Part shown: positions 12,236 through 24,950 of the stretch, one piece after another
Layout: each line of letters begins with the position of its first letter
Numbering within the stretch: position 1 is the first letter of the stretch
Source of the DNA: Macrostomum lignano
Taxonomy: Eukaryota
Direction of reading: 5' to 3'
Assembly: GCA_002269645.1 (NCBI GenBank)
Contig: NIVC01003449.1
Span: 1-25,282, forward strand
Length of the DNA stretch: 25,282 nt
Program-made: the position numbers and the translations under genes
The notes under the pieces: model-generated
What the model was told of the DNA's origin: nothing
Seen by the model: the letters and a program-made list of their open reading frames with translations, nothing else
Databases searched by the model: none

Positions 12236-14231
12236 CTGCAAGACAGAAATAGAGTTTTATGTTATATTTATCGGCAATGGAAACAAAGACCTTTGCTCCA
12301 GTACTCTGCAATCCTTGTTCTAATCATGCCTTTAAATCTCTGTGCCGTCCTCGCACGGGCCTCTCTGGTCTACTTATTATGCTTTTTTCGAATTCGTCTT
12401 CGAGTGGCCGAGAGGGTCTGGGGAGGGGGGCGGGCGGGGTCGCCGGCCGTGAGAAACCGGACAGATGCGGCGGCGACTACTGGGCGAAATGGCGAATGAG
12501 GGGTGGGTGGGCGAGGGGGGAAGTGGACCCAGGCCAGCCCCCACCCCACCCTTAGCCCTGAGTTTTTTGTTCGGGAAAAAAAGAAAATGGACAAATGAAA
12601 TCCGAGGTCGGGGCCCCGCGCTCCGCCCCCCGCCGCGGGGGCCAACGCCGAAAAAACAGGGGGTGTGGGGGGGGCCGCCTGTCACTTAAAGTCAACCTTC
12701 GACCCTCAGGTTTGGCGTCAATCACTACTGGCTGGCTGGCGGTGGAAATTCGAACCCCGGGCTTTGCTTCGTTGTTGTCATATTCCCCTCCCGCTCTCGC
12801 ACTCTTGTTTCAAGCATATTATTTTTTGCTCGGAGAGCTGCTTCTCTCTGGTTTCGGATTTTGTTTCATACGTCAGGTGCCTGGCAACAGAGCCAGACTT
12901 CTCAGTCAGTCCCGAGTTTGAGTGCTTGTTTCGAGGGCGTCCAAAAATATGAGGGGCGTTTTTTTCTCTCAATCGAACAACATCGGAGATTATTACTTGG
13001 CTCTCAGGTGGGAATTCCCAGCTTCAAGCGGAGAGCCCCTTCATCGTTCGGTAGGTCAGGAGGTGCTCGAGCAGTCCGCTTGAGCGACTGTCGGAGTCCA
13101 CTGGAGATTCAGCCAGCCGAGTGGGTTTTCACGCACAGTACTCAGGGCAGCTCATTTTTTTAACAACTTGATTTATTATCAAGAAAAGAGTTTGAAATGT
13201 TGACCAGTACTGCACATGCCTTGGCTTGTCAAGTTAGCAAACACGCATCATCGGGGTGGGGGGTTTGGTTTATGACCGCGATCTCCGATCTTTGTCTACT
13301 CAACTTTAAAACGATCTACGAGACGTCGTGGTTGAAAGGAATTTGCTCAAAGATCCTCCTTATCTAGCCAATAATCTGCAGACCGCTTCCTTCTTTCGAT
13401 GTTTTCTCTTCCTCTTGACGGCATTCCACATCGCCACAGCAACGAAAGAGATCAAAGCTGGTTTTTTTCGAATCGTTCTATAAAAATTAAAGCTACGTCT
13501 CGGTCCTGTGCGTGATCTGTGAGCTTTTAGTTGAGTAGAAATGACTTATTGAGCTGGTTCCGCCTGATAAGCCGCATGGAAACCGGACACCCTCGTGTCC
13601 GCTTTGTGACAACAAATAATTTTCTGCGAGGCAAATAAACAGTTGGCACCTATCTTCTTTGCTTGTCTGTTGGTTCCGTGTCCAAACTGGGGGGGGGGGG
13701 ACGTGACCAGGCCCAGCCCCGAATATTGGCATATAAAATATAATTATGGAAATTTGTTCGCTGGTCTCTCTTGCGTGTTTGCGCTCCGCTGGTCATCAAA
13801 AACTCGTGTCTCCACCGGCCCTTATAGAGCCAAGGCTTGCGCTGCTGGATGGGTCCAGTTTTTTATTGCTCTTGGCAACAAGACCCTTGAACTGGGAGAG
13901 AAAAAACTACTATGCTCATATTGCTACAGTGTTTGCTAGCGTCACTGGCTAGCTGAGCAGATGCTCAAGCCCACCCGGGCCTCGCTTCAGCTGAGCTTGG
14001 AGTGGCGGTTGAAGCTTGAAAATTGTTGTTGTTTTTTTTTCATTCCCATTTTATCCTCTATAAGCCTGGCCCACTCCCAGACTGTGTGCGAGTGCGCTGT
14101 AGGAAATTCTCTAATTGAGCTTTATGGCCATTTTCGGCCTTTCGGATTCGGTTGGCTTGGACCACTAGAGCTCTCCAGGCGAATTGGGATGGTTGCCAAG
14201 TTTCTGCATTGATAGCGGCTGCCTGCCCCGT

Positions 14232-14340
14232 GGGGAGAGAGGAGAGAGGAAAAATAGAGAGGAGAGGAGGGATGAGAGGAGAGGAGAGGAGAGGAGAGAA
14301 GAGAGAAGAGAGAGAGGGGAGGAGACGGAAAGGGAAGAGC
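14232..14340. repeat. (GAGAG/GAGAA)-type purine-rich low-complexity tract
   Basis: Direct reading. Confidence 0.85.
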
Positions 14341-15255
14341 CAGCTGTATAGCAGAAGCACGGGCAAAAGCCTGCATGTCACTCCCAGAAACAATGGAGAT
14401 TTTTTAAAATCTGCACTCAACTCCCAGATCCTCAAATTCCACTTTTTCACTCTTACCATTCTCTTACTCTTAATTGACTCTTACCATTACCAGGAACTCC
14501 CCCCAGGTGACGCGACTGAGGATTAGAATTTATTTTATCGCCTACAAGTGGCAATCGGGATTCAGAGATGGATTAGGACCACTGGGATTTCGCGGCTCAA
14601 AGTGGGGAACGCAGCTGAGATGCTGGTATAGGCCTACTCATCTTTCCATCATCTGGGAGCCATTGTCCTTAAAATGCTTTATTGCTCTGTCTAAAGCAGG
14701 ATTTTTTAGGATTGAAGAATAAAGGGAAAAATTGGGAGGATTTTCTGCCTTTTTGCGCTTTCTTGTTGCTCCTCTTCCCCTAGGGGAGGGAGGGAGCGGC
14801 TGGACGAGCAGCTTGGCAGGACTGGGACATCGTCTGAATTTTAATAAGACTCAGGCTGCATCAACTGACTGGCTGAGCAGCATCTTGATTGACAATTTCA
14901 GGAATTGCCAATCTGCAATGGCGGTTAGCGTTGAAGCACCTCTGGTGACTGCACGGACTGGTCGCTGCTGAAGGAGTCTCAGCCTCAACCTGTTTGAGTA
15001 GAACTGTGTGGACAATAGTCATGCCCTCGGCTGATAAATCCTCGCGTTTTACCTCTCCATCAGTATGCCACTCAAGGCCCTTCTAGCTCCAGCAGTCACC
15101 TGACTGATTGTGGGAGAAATGCCTCCTATATGGGCATATATTCAAAGGAATTTTTTTGGAACAAGGCAACTTTACCTCTCCTCTCATCTCTCATCATTAT
15201 GTCGCCAGTGCTATCTGTCTGAGAAATTCACCCGACCTGCTGGGATTCTATCCTT

Positions 15256-15520
<265 letters not shown>

Positions 15521-18500
15521 TCGAGATTTTTAGATAGAAAAACAGACAAAAAGCAGACAGGAAAACAGAGAGACAGTCGAGCCCTTGGATACGACCCGTT
15601 TTTTATTTTTTCAACTGGCAGCTCGCTAATTACCAGTCAAATTTTCCCTCCCACACAACTGGAGTGGCCGCCCGCCATAGCCCATAGAATATTGAATTTC
15701 TGTGGGGCTTCGGCTGCCCCGGAGGTCAGCGGGTGGGCGAGGCCGGGGTCTCTCGCCCATAGACAACTCACTCGAACTTCTTCTTTGCGGACCCCATCGG
15801 GAACAACAGGTGTTGGAGTTGAATTTGAAAGGTCTATATTGGCCTGTGTGTATATAAGGAGGCAGGCGAGTCATTATTGTATTTGACTGACTCAAAAAAC
15901 CCATTGACTAGCTATCGACGGGGGTTGGCGGTGCAGGGCCTGGCAATTCAGTTCGGCGATATTAAAATCGAGCGCGCACACACACGGTGAGGGACTTTGC
16001 GGTGGCCAATGTTTTTTGTGTGTGTGGTTGAGTTGGGGCAGGCGGCAAACCAGCTGCCGCTCGACAGCCGAGGGCCGCCTCCCACATTTGAGTGGGAGAA
16101 GAAAGATTAGCTCCATCAATCTCTAATGGAGGCAGTTGGCCCTCTGGTGGTTGAGCGAGAAACCAAACCCTGTGTGGCCTGTGGCCTGTCTGTTGCCCGG
16201 CCCCTGAGGGCACTGAAGGCCGCAGAATTCTGCCTCTCTTGACTCATTTTTTGACACCTACTCGGGTTGGGGGGGGTTTAGCCGCGAGGATATTAAGACA
16301 AAGGACTATCGGTAATATGCATATTGAACCTGAGTTAGAATTACGGTTTTATCCTCAGTTAAAGGAATGCCGATGGTAAAAGGCCAATATAAGCATGGAA
16401 TGGGAAGGGGGGGGCGAAATTGAGGAAAAATCACGGACTAAGATTCCCAATTCCTAGCGATCCGGCCTCCATGCAGCCCCCCAGCATGTCCCCTAACAAC
16501 AAGTTCAGGACAGGTTCAGAAATCATTGAACTGTTTGCTCTTTGATAAGCGGGCCGGCGGCTGGCCCTGCTATTAGGAGGGAGGCATTGTCATGACTAAC
16601 GGACGCTCACCTGCATGGGGGAGTCTGCACTGCTGCGGTATGCATGCCCGCCCAGTCGGTGTTGGTCGGTTTTTTGGTCAACTTTCGACAACTTTGCTTA
16701 GTAAATTTATGCAAAATAAATTCCTGAAATTTCGCCGGCTTCATAATCTGCTTTGATATTTCTGTTGCTCCCCGTCCCAGTCTCCCCGCATTTTTAAAAA
16801 AATGCATTTTTCAAACGGGTGGCAGTTGAAGCCTGGGCTTGTCAAATCATCTGCATTGCTTTAACTAGTTTCAGGTTTTTGACTAGCTAAACCATCATGT
16901 TTGAACTATGTAAACTGCCCTGGAACCTGGAACTGGGAGCAGAAAATCTTCCAACTAATCCCTGATTTTCAGTTTTTACTAATTAGAACTTTTTTCACAC
17001 AGTTGAGACGCTCGAGACTTTTCGCTAAAAAGGTCTGCACGTACAGAGAGACCCTCATGAGAGCCGATTTCAAACCCAAATGCTGGACGCGTGGATCCCG
17101 GGGTGTCGGATGGCGGGCCTTTGGTTTGGCTTTCTATGCCACAGAAGTTCCAACAATTCCCCATGAATCATGATCCCTGTCTGCTTAGCTGTTTGGTACT
17201 TGTTCGTAGAAGTACTGGTGCACTGTGTTATAACTATTGTTAATATTAATATTCGCTAGCCAGAGTCTAGCCATGAGTTTGTGTATATATTAGTAATACA
17301 CACAGCGTCAGGATATTAGTGGTGTCTGCATAACTTTGCACCACTTTTATTGCAGCCTGAGTCTCCAGTTTATAATATTTGTTCTGTTTCGCGTTCATAT
17401 TCAAGCCCGCATTTTCGGTTCGCTGAAAAAAGCAACATGGTATTAGGGACTGGGAGTTGTGTTTCTTTTACAAAAAATGTGCGACAATACTTGACAAGGG
17501 ACACCGGGAGACTGGGGTTCTTTCTTAAAAAAGTCTGCATCAGCATCAGTTCAGGTCCCCCGGCTTCTGATACGTGATTTCGACTGCAAATAAAAAAAAT
17601 TAATCTTGTGCATTTTCTCTCCCGTTACTTCGTGGTCACCCGGCGCAAGTTGGGCAACTTCAGGTTTTCTTTATAAAGCAGAGATTGACAAGCAGCAGCA
17701 GCAGCAGAGTGACAGCTGCCCTGCTGCGTCCCCATCAGTTCCTGAGAGTGTAATTTGCACAAATATACCCCAGGAGAGAAGAGACCGTCATGCAATGCCC
17801 ATTCCTTTCTTATGGCTTTCAAAGTCACACTATATTCCATCCTAGTGTCCCTCTTCCCGCATCGACACACACTTTTCACAGTCTGTGTCTCAACTTTCTC
17901 TTTTCTTAATAATAATAACTATAGTAATAATAATATACTTGCGATTCTCCGTGTTCACCTTGGCCGGAAGTGTGTCATTTGAGAGTTCTGCTGCTGCTGC
18001 TGCAGTTTAATTTGACCTGTCGCCAAGGGGGGTCTGGCCAGCCTCTGACAGACAGCCTCCGTGACTTTAGGGCGCAATTTTCTCTGGGACATCTCTCCCT
18101 AATCGTCCCCTCTTCCCATCCTCTCCCCGCCAGCCAGACCTGCTCTTCCCTTCTAATTCGGCCAGGTGATTTTGCGAGAGGGAAATTTCGCATGTCGGAA
18201 GTCCCATGAATTGCGCCATCTCCCCATCAGGCTCCAAGGCGCTCGGAAATCGGTCATTTCTCAGCCTGCCAGAGTTTTTGTCCATAGGGCTAAAATAATT
18301 CTTCTCGGTAGAATTTGGGCCAGAAAGGGAGGAAGCTACACTTAGGAGGCTGGAAGAGGAGCGAACTCGTGTCCGGTCTGTAGCGGCCCCTTAGCTACAC
18401 CGGATGGCGGATGGAGCTTTCGGCCCATTACCGAGCTCCCGCCTCATCCCAGCCTCGGGCTAAGCTGCGGAGGCTGCATTTCCCACCTTACTTCTTCCGC

Positions 18501-21500
18501 AAGCTTTTCAAATTTTTTGCCAGAAATCTTCCGATAAAGAGAGACCGAGAGAGGCAGAGAGGCTGTTCCGCAAAGGAGGGGAGCCGCTCTAGGGATATAG
18601 TATTTATCCCAAATCCGATGTTGGCTGAAAGCTGATCGAATCCGCAACATCCCACTTTCCTCTTTATAGAGCCCGCAGCTTTCGCTTTGGTCAATTGCAA
18701 TGTGTGCCGCACCTTCGCGCACAGCCTACCGAGGCAACACCCCCCCCCCCTAATGCTGGGCTCTAAACGTAAACAGATGGCCCAGCATGGACAGACCTGT
18801 TTACTTGTTTATCTCATTTCACCGCAGCCCACTGCGCATAACTCTTGGATTGCCTGTAGGCAATCGGTTTTTAAGCTTCTTTGGCACCTTCGGGATTATC
18901 TGTAAGCGGTTGCTGCTGCTGCTACTATGCAAGGAAAGAGTCGAGCTGCTTTGGATGAAAAGACAGGGAGGTGGGTAATAGTTGATACCCCCTGCTGTTC
19001 CCCTCCCAGCCTGTACAGGTAGCGGCAAATATGAAAGGAAGAGGCATGGAGAAAAAACATGATGGCAAAATATGTTTAGTAGGAGTTGATAATCACGAAC
19101 CGGTTGAAAACTATGAATGCCGCTCAGTGTGTTTGAAAGGCCCTTTGGACAAACAGTCTTAGCTACTGTTCTCAGCTTACACACTGCGAGCTAAGTGTAC
19201 GCAGATATGAAGACCAAGCGTTGCAGTGTCCTGTCTTCTTTGTATAAACCTTCATCTGTGCATCAGACTCCTACAAACATGGCGAGTCGATGGAGAGTTG
19301 GACAACTCTTTGCGCACCGTATGGATCAAATCAGGAGAAGGTGCGAGTCCATAGCGTACTCAGATATATATGGGAACTGGATATGTTTCTTCTCAAGCAG
19401 GAGCCACTAACTTGATCCGACTTGCATCGCTGGCACGCGTGTTACTCAATACCTTTGATCGGTCTGCCGTTTAGACAGCCCACATTGGGTCAGGCAAAGG
19501 CGCAACACGCGACACTCAGTACCCGAGGCAGCAGTAGGGGGCAAGGAGGCGACCCTCTTCTTGTTAATCCGACACCTGCGGCCCTCGTCCCCAGCCTTCC
19601 GTTCGTGCAGGGTTTTTGGGGTGTCTCTTTTTGTTATAGTTGACGACGTTAATGCTTGCTGCCAGGGCGCTTATTGGCGGCCCCTCCCCGAACGCCTGAT
19701 GCTCCTGTCCCAATTTGCGGACACCCGCGCCGCCCACCGGGGCTGCTGGCTGGGCCTCGAAGGGGGGGGGGTCGACCTTAGATGCGATGATTTTTTTGCT
19801 TCTTTTTGAGGTTGGGAGGTCCCGCTGCGACGCGGCCAAGGCAGACAGTCTGACTAACGGACGGACAGACAGTCAGACAGACAAGCACAGGACTCTTCGA
19901 GACCTACACTAGGTATAGGGGGCACACGGTGCTGCTTTTACCGGGAGAATTTTTATGTGTCAAAGAAGAAACGGCTTGCTGATGCAGACGGCGACCTCAA
20001 CAGTAAGCCGCTCCTGCCGCCCGCTGTCGCCTCCCCAAGGGAGCTGCTTACATTTCAAGGCGCGCAATTCTTAGCAGCGTTAGCAGCAGCGGATTTTTTT
20101 AATTAGTTGTTTTAAGAAATTGTCGCTTCAGCACTCCCATTGGGGAGGCCAAGGATCTGGAGTAGGCTTAGATTCCCCAATTGGGAATTGAGCAGTCATC
20201 GTTTTACGACAAACCGCATCATATTTTATAATCGTGCTCAACGGTACAATTGATGCGCCATATAGTTTTTTGAAAAAAATCATTTCTCGGCGCCACAGGT
20301 TCTAAAAAAATCTCTTTCCACTTTATAGCCCTGCGTTTGCTCCAAAAGTTTTTCAGGTTTTTCTGAACCTAAAAAATTCTAGAGATTTCGTTCCCCTGCT
20401 TAACCCGGACGACCGGCTTTCGATATGCTGCCTGGGGTCTGGCTTCCAGTTTCGAGAGTTGCCTCCCGCGGGGTCAGGAGACGGAGGTACCGAATTTCTG
20501 TCCTCTATTGTGGACATTGCATCAAGACTCTTCAAGAGGAGGCGGAGAGAGAGAGAGAGAGACAGAAGCTGCTTCTGCATGGTCCTGCAGGTCCCGCGCG
20601 CCCCCACGGCTCTGACGCATTCTGAACCAAAGCTGCACAAAAACTGCAACACATCAGTTTGTTGCGGCCTCTGAGACCGCAGCCACAGTATAATGGGCCC
20701 CAGTGATATCTAGTGCTACAGGACTTTAGGAGAGAAATGCGAAAGGTTACCAAAGGCAGCCTACCTACAGTGTATATGCCTGTTATAAGTCTAATAAGAG
20801 CATGACTGTAGCGGACTCTGTACTGTGGGTTACCCGCGGCAGCAAAAAGGCCATGCAGTAAAGAGATGGAATCTGTTTGTTGCAGTTTTGAAATTTAATG
20901 AAGATTTGCCTGAATTTTTTGCAAACGGGGTTTTACATTGTTACACAGGGGGTATTCTGGTGCGGTGCACGGATACTCAACACAGCTTTCATCGTCTTAG
21001 CCTTCGTATTGTGATGCATTAATTTGATTTCCCTGGACCACTTCTTGCGACCGCGGCTTTCTCAAGCACTGTATGGCAACAAAACCGATCCCATATCATA
21101 CCCTCCCGGCCCCTATGTCATTGACTCTGTATATCTATTAAGAAGTCAATTTCCATAAATTTAGATTCAATCGAGCGATTAATATATATATGGAAGTCTC
21201 AATGACTGAACGCTTCAAATCGTAAAATATTGGGGCCACATCTGGCCAGTGGTGGTGGGGCACAGTTTCAAATCAATTTTCTTTTGCAGACTCAATGAGC
21301 TGTGTGTTTTTCTCTAATGTGCTCTGCTTTCTATGAGAATTCTGAGAGCCGCGGTTCATGTGGCCACAGGTGCAAGCCGGCAGGGCGTTGGGCACCAGGT
21401 CGACACAAAAAACTCATTTTTCATTATTAAATTCTTCCAAACGACTGAACTGGACTGGGGCATCTATTTAGACATAGGCGCGATAATAGAGGGGTCAGGC

Positions 21501-23227
21501 AGAGGGTTTGCACCCTAAACAGAGGTGTGACAGCCTGACAGGATCCAAAACTGACTGACTGTAAGGCGACAGAAGGTCCTTCCTGTTCCTCCTGTCCACA
21601 GGTTTTTTCTTCCATAATGAGATGTGTGGGATATGGCTCTGTGCTATGCAGCCTAGTTGAGCTGGTCCTGGCCACTGATTACGTAATAGCACACTTTATT
21701 GTCGAGCTTTTTTGCACAGCGGCCAAGCCACCGAGAACCCCCCCCATTTCCCGCTCTCAACACGGATAAATTCTGGCCCTGTGTTCCCTTGCCGCCGCCC
21801 TTATCGAGAGCTTGGGCCGCCGTACTCGAGATTCGAGTTGAGGAGTTCCTGCTCCCCCCCCAAGCCAGGCTGGGGACTGTCTGCGGCTCTGTGGGAAGCC
21901 GAAACCTGCTCGCGCCCTCGACTATGCATAACTGCACCAACTCGCCCATATCGGGGTCGCCAAATTCGAGATAAAAAACCATATAAATGCCGGCCATTCC
22001 TCCTGCCTATCTGTGTGTTTCTAAGACGCATTTATAGGTGAGCGGTGGACCCTCGTGCCAAGCCCATATTATTCAGCTCCCTGTGTATAGTTATGTTTCA
22101 AACATGGGGTAAGGAACAAAGACTATAGATCATATAGGTCCATGCCAACAAAGAGTCAACGCACAGGAAACAGTTGCCAAAAAAATAAGATTCGCCCATG
22201 AACCCCCAGCTCTTCTTTCTCTCTGCCTGGGAATATTATATTTCAATTTACTTGTGTCTTGCTGTTGTCTATAGAATTTATTATATTTTTGAAAGACAAT
22301 CTCCGGGAAGGCCGCATCGCTTGGCCGTGACGTGACTTGCCATCTCCGCACGGAAACCTGCTCAGCTGATGAGTAGGCCCGATTGAAACTCGAAACTGCC
22401 ACAGCTCACATCTCTCTCTTTCTTTCTCTCAGTTTTTCTTTGGTCTGATGATTGTAAGCGGTTTGTGGTTTTGGTGAAGGACTGCAATCTCAATAAAAAG
22501 TTCGAACTATAGTTGGTAACTTTGTTGCTACACAAGTTATTCGAGGAGTAAACTATGAGCGTATCGACGAATTGAAAGAAAAATGAGATCAACAATTTTT
22601 TTATAGCTTTTTTGCATTTCAAGTTTCCTATCCTACGAGTATAAAGTCTATAAAATAATAGCCAATAGGCCCAATAGGTACTTGTGCACCTGAAAATGAA
22701 TTCTGCTCGATAAAGCTCAAAGTCCCAAGTCCTTATTGAATTAATGCTATAGTCACAGTTTCAGCTGGGTCTACAGTACAGCCCCGACAGATTATGCATG
22801 GTCTAACTTGAGCTAGCTGTATGGTCACTCTGCTGTGGTCAGATAGACAGACAGACAGATAGTAAATTCATGAACTCATACAGACTTAATTCTGTGTAAA
22901 GTCAGCAGTTTTTTATTAGCATTCCATATACCCAAGCCGAAACCATAATGCAGGCCTTTGACCAAAGTGGAAGTTGCTTTTTGCTTTTTGCTTTTCTAGA
23001 AAATTTCGTGTGGCGCCCCCTAATAGTTTGGGAGCATGGCTCGCCCTCGCCGTTCGTGGGAACTCCCCCCTTCCCCCCTAGCCAGTGAGCCAGCCAACCC
23101 TGGACAGCCTCGACTGCCCACTGGTCAGCTCCGTGCGGCCGCCCGCGCAATCATTTAAAATAACGAATTTTTTGGGGCATTGCCAATCTTATAGTATCTT
23201 AAATGCAAAATGCAAAGAGGATCTTAC

Positions 23228-23342
23228 CTGTTTGCGAATTGAAACTCTCCGAATTTTGCTGCTGCTGCTGTTCCTCAGAACCTGTAGACTCCGAATCCGA
23301 ATTGAGTTGCGTAGGCCGGTCCTGTTTTCTACGGGATGCCAT
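23228..23342 (-). CDS. bcl11: bcl11 first coding exon: MASRRKQDRPTQLNSDSESTGSEEQQQQQNSESFNSQT, with the N-terminal NuRD (RBBP4/7)-binding motif
   Basis: Manual translation; absent from the ORF track. ATG at 23342-23340 in context ggaaATGG. SRRKQxxP matches BCL11A MSRRKQGKP and FOG1 MSRRKQSNP. Consensus donor CAG|gtaaga at 23228/23227, phase 1. Confidence 0.9.
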
Positions 23343-23358
23343 TTCCAACTGGCAACAT
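23329..23358 (-). promoter_or_regulatory. Out-of-frame upstream ORF (MLPVGNGIP*) overlapping the bcl11 start codon
   Basis: ATG at 23358-23356 (gtgccATGt), 16 nt 5' of the main ATG; TAG at 23331-23329. Confidence 0.55.
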
Positions 23359-23439
23359 GGCACGGTTGCGAGAAGGCGCTCTACTTCGAAATCACTTGCC
23401 CGGCCACCTCCCGGCTTCTTTTAGTAGAGGAGAGAAGGG

Positions 23440-24060
23440 GGAAATGTTTTTTAAAAGCCGCACAGAGAAGGGGAACCGGCCCGGTTGGCCAGGGAGAGGG
23501 GAGGAGCCGGCGGCCTTGAGGCGGTCCAGTTGGTCCGGCGATTGGCTGGCAGACGGACAGCCGCAAACATGCAACAGACAGGCGGACAAAGAATTAACAG
23601 ACAGGCCTGTTCACTCGGTCCCTTTTCTGTCTTTATTCGGTAATTTCTGCTCAATATAAATCTGCTCGTTGATTTTTTAAATACTTTTTCTCTACTAAAT
23701 GACCATGTCAAATGAGAGAACTTGAAGAATTACTGCTCCGTAGATAGAAGCTATTTATTTTAGTTACGAAAACGTCCTGTCCGCAAGCGGCCACTGTACT
23801 GCCGGCCGTGCCAGGTGGGGTGGGGGCCGCCCGAGCCCCTGCGCCCGCGCCAATGGACCGCCAGACCAATCAGTGGCTGTCGGTCGGTCCAGGGGAAGGG
23901 GCAGGGCAGGGGACCTCGTCGACGCCACTTCCCCAAGGCAGCTTTTTCCCTCCAAAGTCTTCCCAGCAATTTTTTCGGTCTAGCATTGGTCAGGTGGCCG
24001 AGTGGGAGGAGGCGGGGGAGATAAAACGATACTGGAAGGTGGGTGCTCCGGCGGACAGAG
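23440..24060 (-). promoter_or_regulatory. Putative bcl11 promoter region: GC/CpG-rich with several CCAAT boxes
   Basis: Minus-strand AGCCAATC around 23541-23545 (NF-Y-like) and TGACCAAT at 23985-23992, plus two plus-strand CCAAT near 23850 and 23866. It lies immediately 5' of exon 1. The TSS cannot be determined from sequence. Confidence 0.45.
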
Positions 24061-24126
24061 AGAGACATACTACTGTACGAGGTGGGTCCAGTAGCATGTG
24101 ACGAATATATGCAAATTAACTAGAAG

Positions 24127-24483
<357 letters not shown>

Positions 24484-24511
24484 ATAAAGCTTAAGATCAA
24501 CATTTAAGGCG

Positions 24512-24552
24512 AAAACCAACGCGTTTCAACCCACTAGGGCCGTCGTCAGGGT
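24512..24552 (-). ncRNA. Minimal type I hammerhead ribozyme of the PLE class
   Basis: Minus strand reads ACC-CUGACGA-C-GGCCC-UAGU-GGGUU-GAAA-CGCG-UU-GGU. Both core boxes are present; stem II is 5 bp (two G-U); stem III is the palindrome AACGCGUU; cleavage triplet GUU; stem I is ACC/GGU. Confidence 0.8.
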
Positions 24553-24686
24553 ATATTTTATCACTGAACGAAACACTCAATATAAATAAGCAAACGATTG
24601 TACTATCTCAAGTGTCAAATTGAAAACGGGAGGGTAACCAATGTACGAAAAACATAAAAAAACTAGGGGTTGGAGTTAAGCGAGAA

Positions 24687-24690
<4 letters not shown>

Positions 24691-24722
<32 letters not shown>
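24691..24722. repeat. (GA)16 tract, apparently inside the PLE 3'UTR
   Basis: Direct reading. Its mirror image (TC)n begins at the window end (25277-25282). Confidence 0.9.
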
Positions 24723-24725
<3 letters not shown>

Positions 24726-24950
24726 CAAACAAATGTAAAAAAACAAAATGTACGCGCAACAAAAAATAGTCAAACTCAAAACACCCTAAGAAGGTGGCCC
24801 GCACCACTATGTAGCAATTGCACATTGAGACTGGGATTTTGAGCTTTGATGTGCAGCGCTTCAAGAATGCTAAGCTTGAATTCAGAGTTAGCACGGTCGA
24901 TAATTTTATTTCTGATTTCTTCTGATTTCTGATTTCTTCTTATTTCTGAA

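Noticed and set aside
12745-12765. B-box-like GGTTCGAATTTC on the minus strand
   Set aside because: No A-box or cloverleaf; does not support a tRNA or SINE.
21495-21692. ORF labelled + in the track
   Set aside because: The listed peptide actually translates from the minus strand (GTG at 21692), and it has no coding support either way.
22360-22410. Hammerhead-like CTGATGAG...CTCGAAAC
   Set aside because: Stem II cannot form in register, the NUH triplet is missing after the CUG/CAG stem III, and there is no stem I.
17840-22800. Minus-strand CxxC strings (CEKC, CSFC, CLGC, CFLC, CRGC) as ZF0 candidates
   Set aside because: Wrong spacing, no conserved Phe or HK, nearby in-frame stops, and no compatible splice donors.
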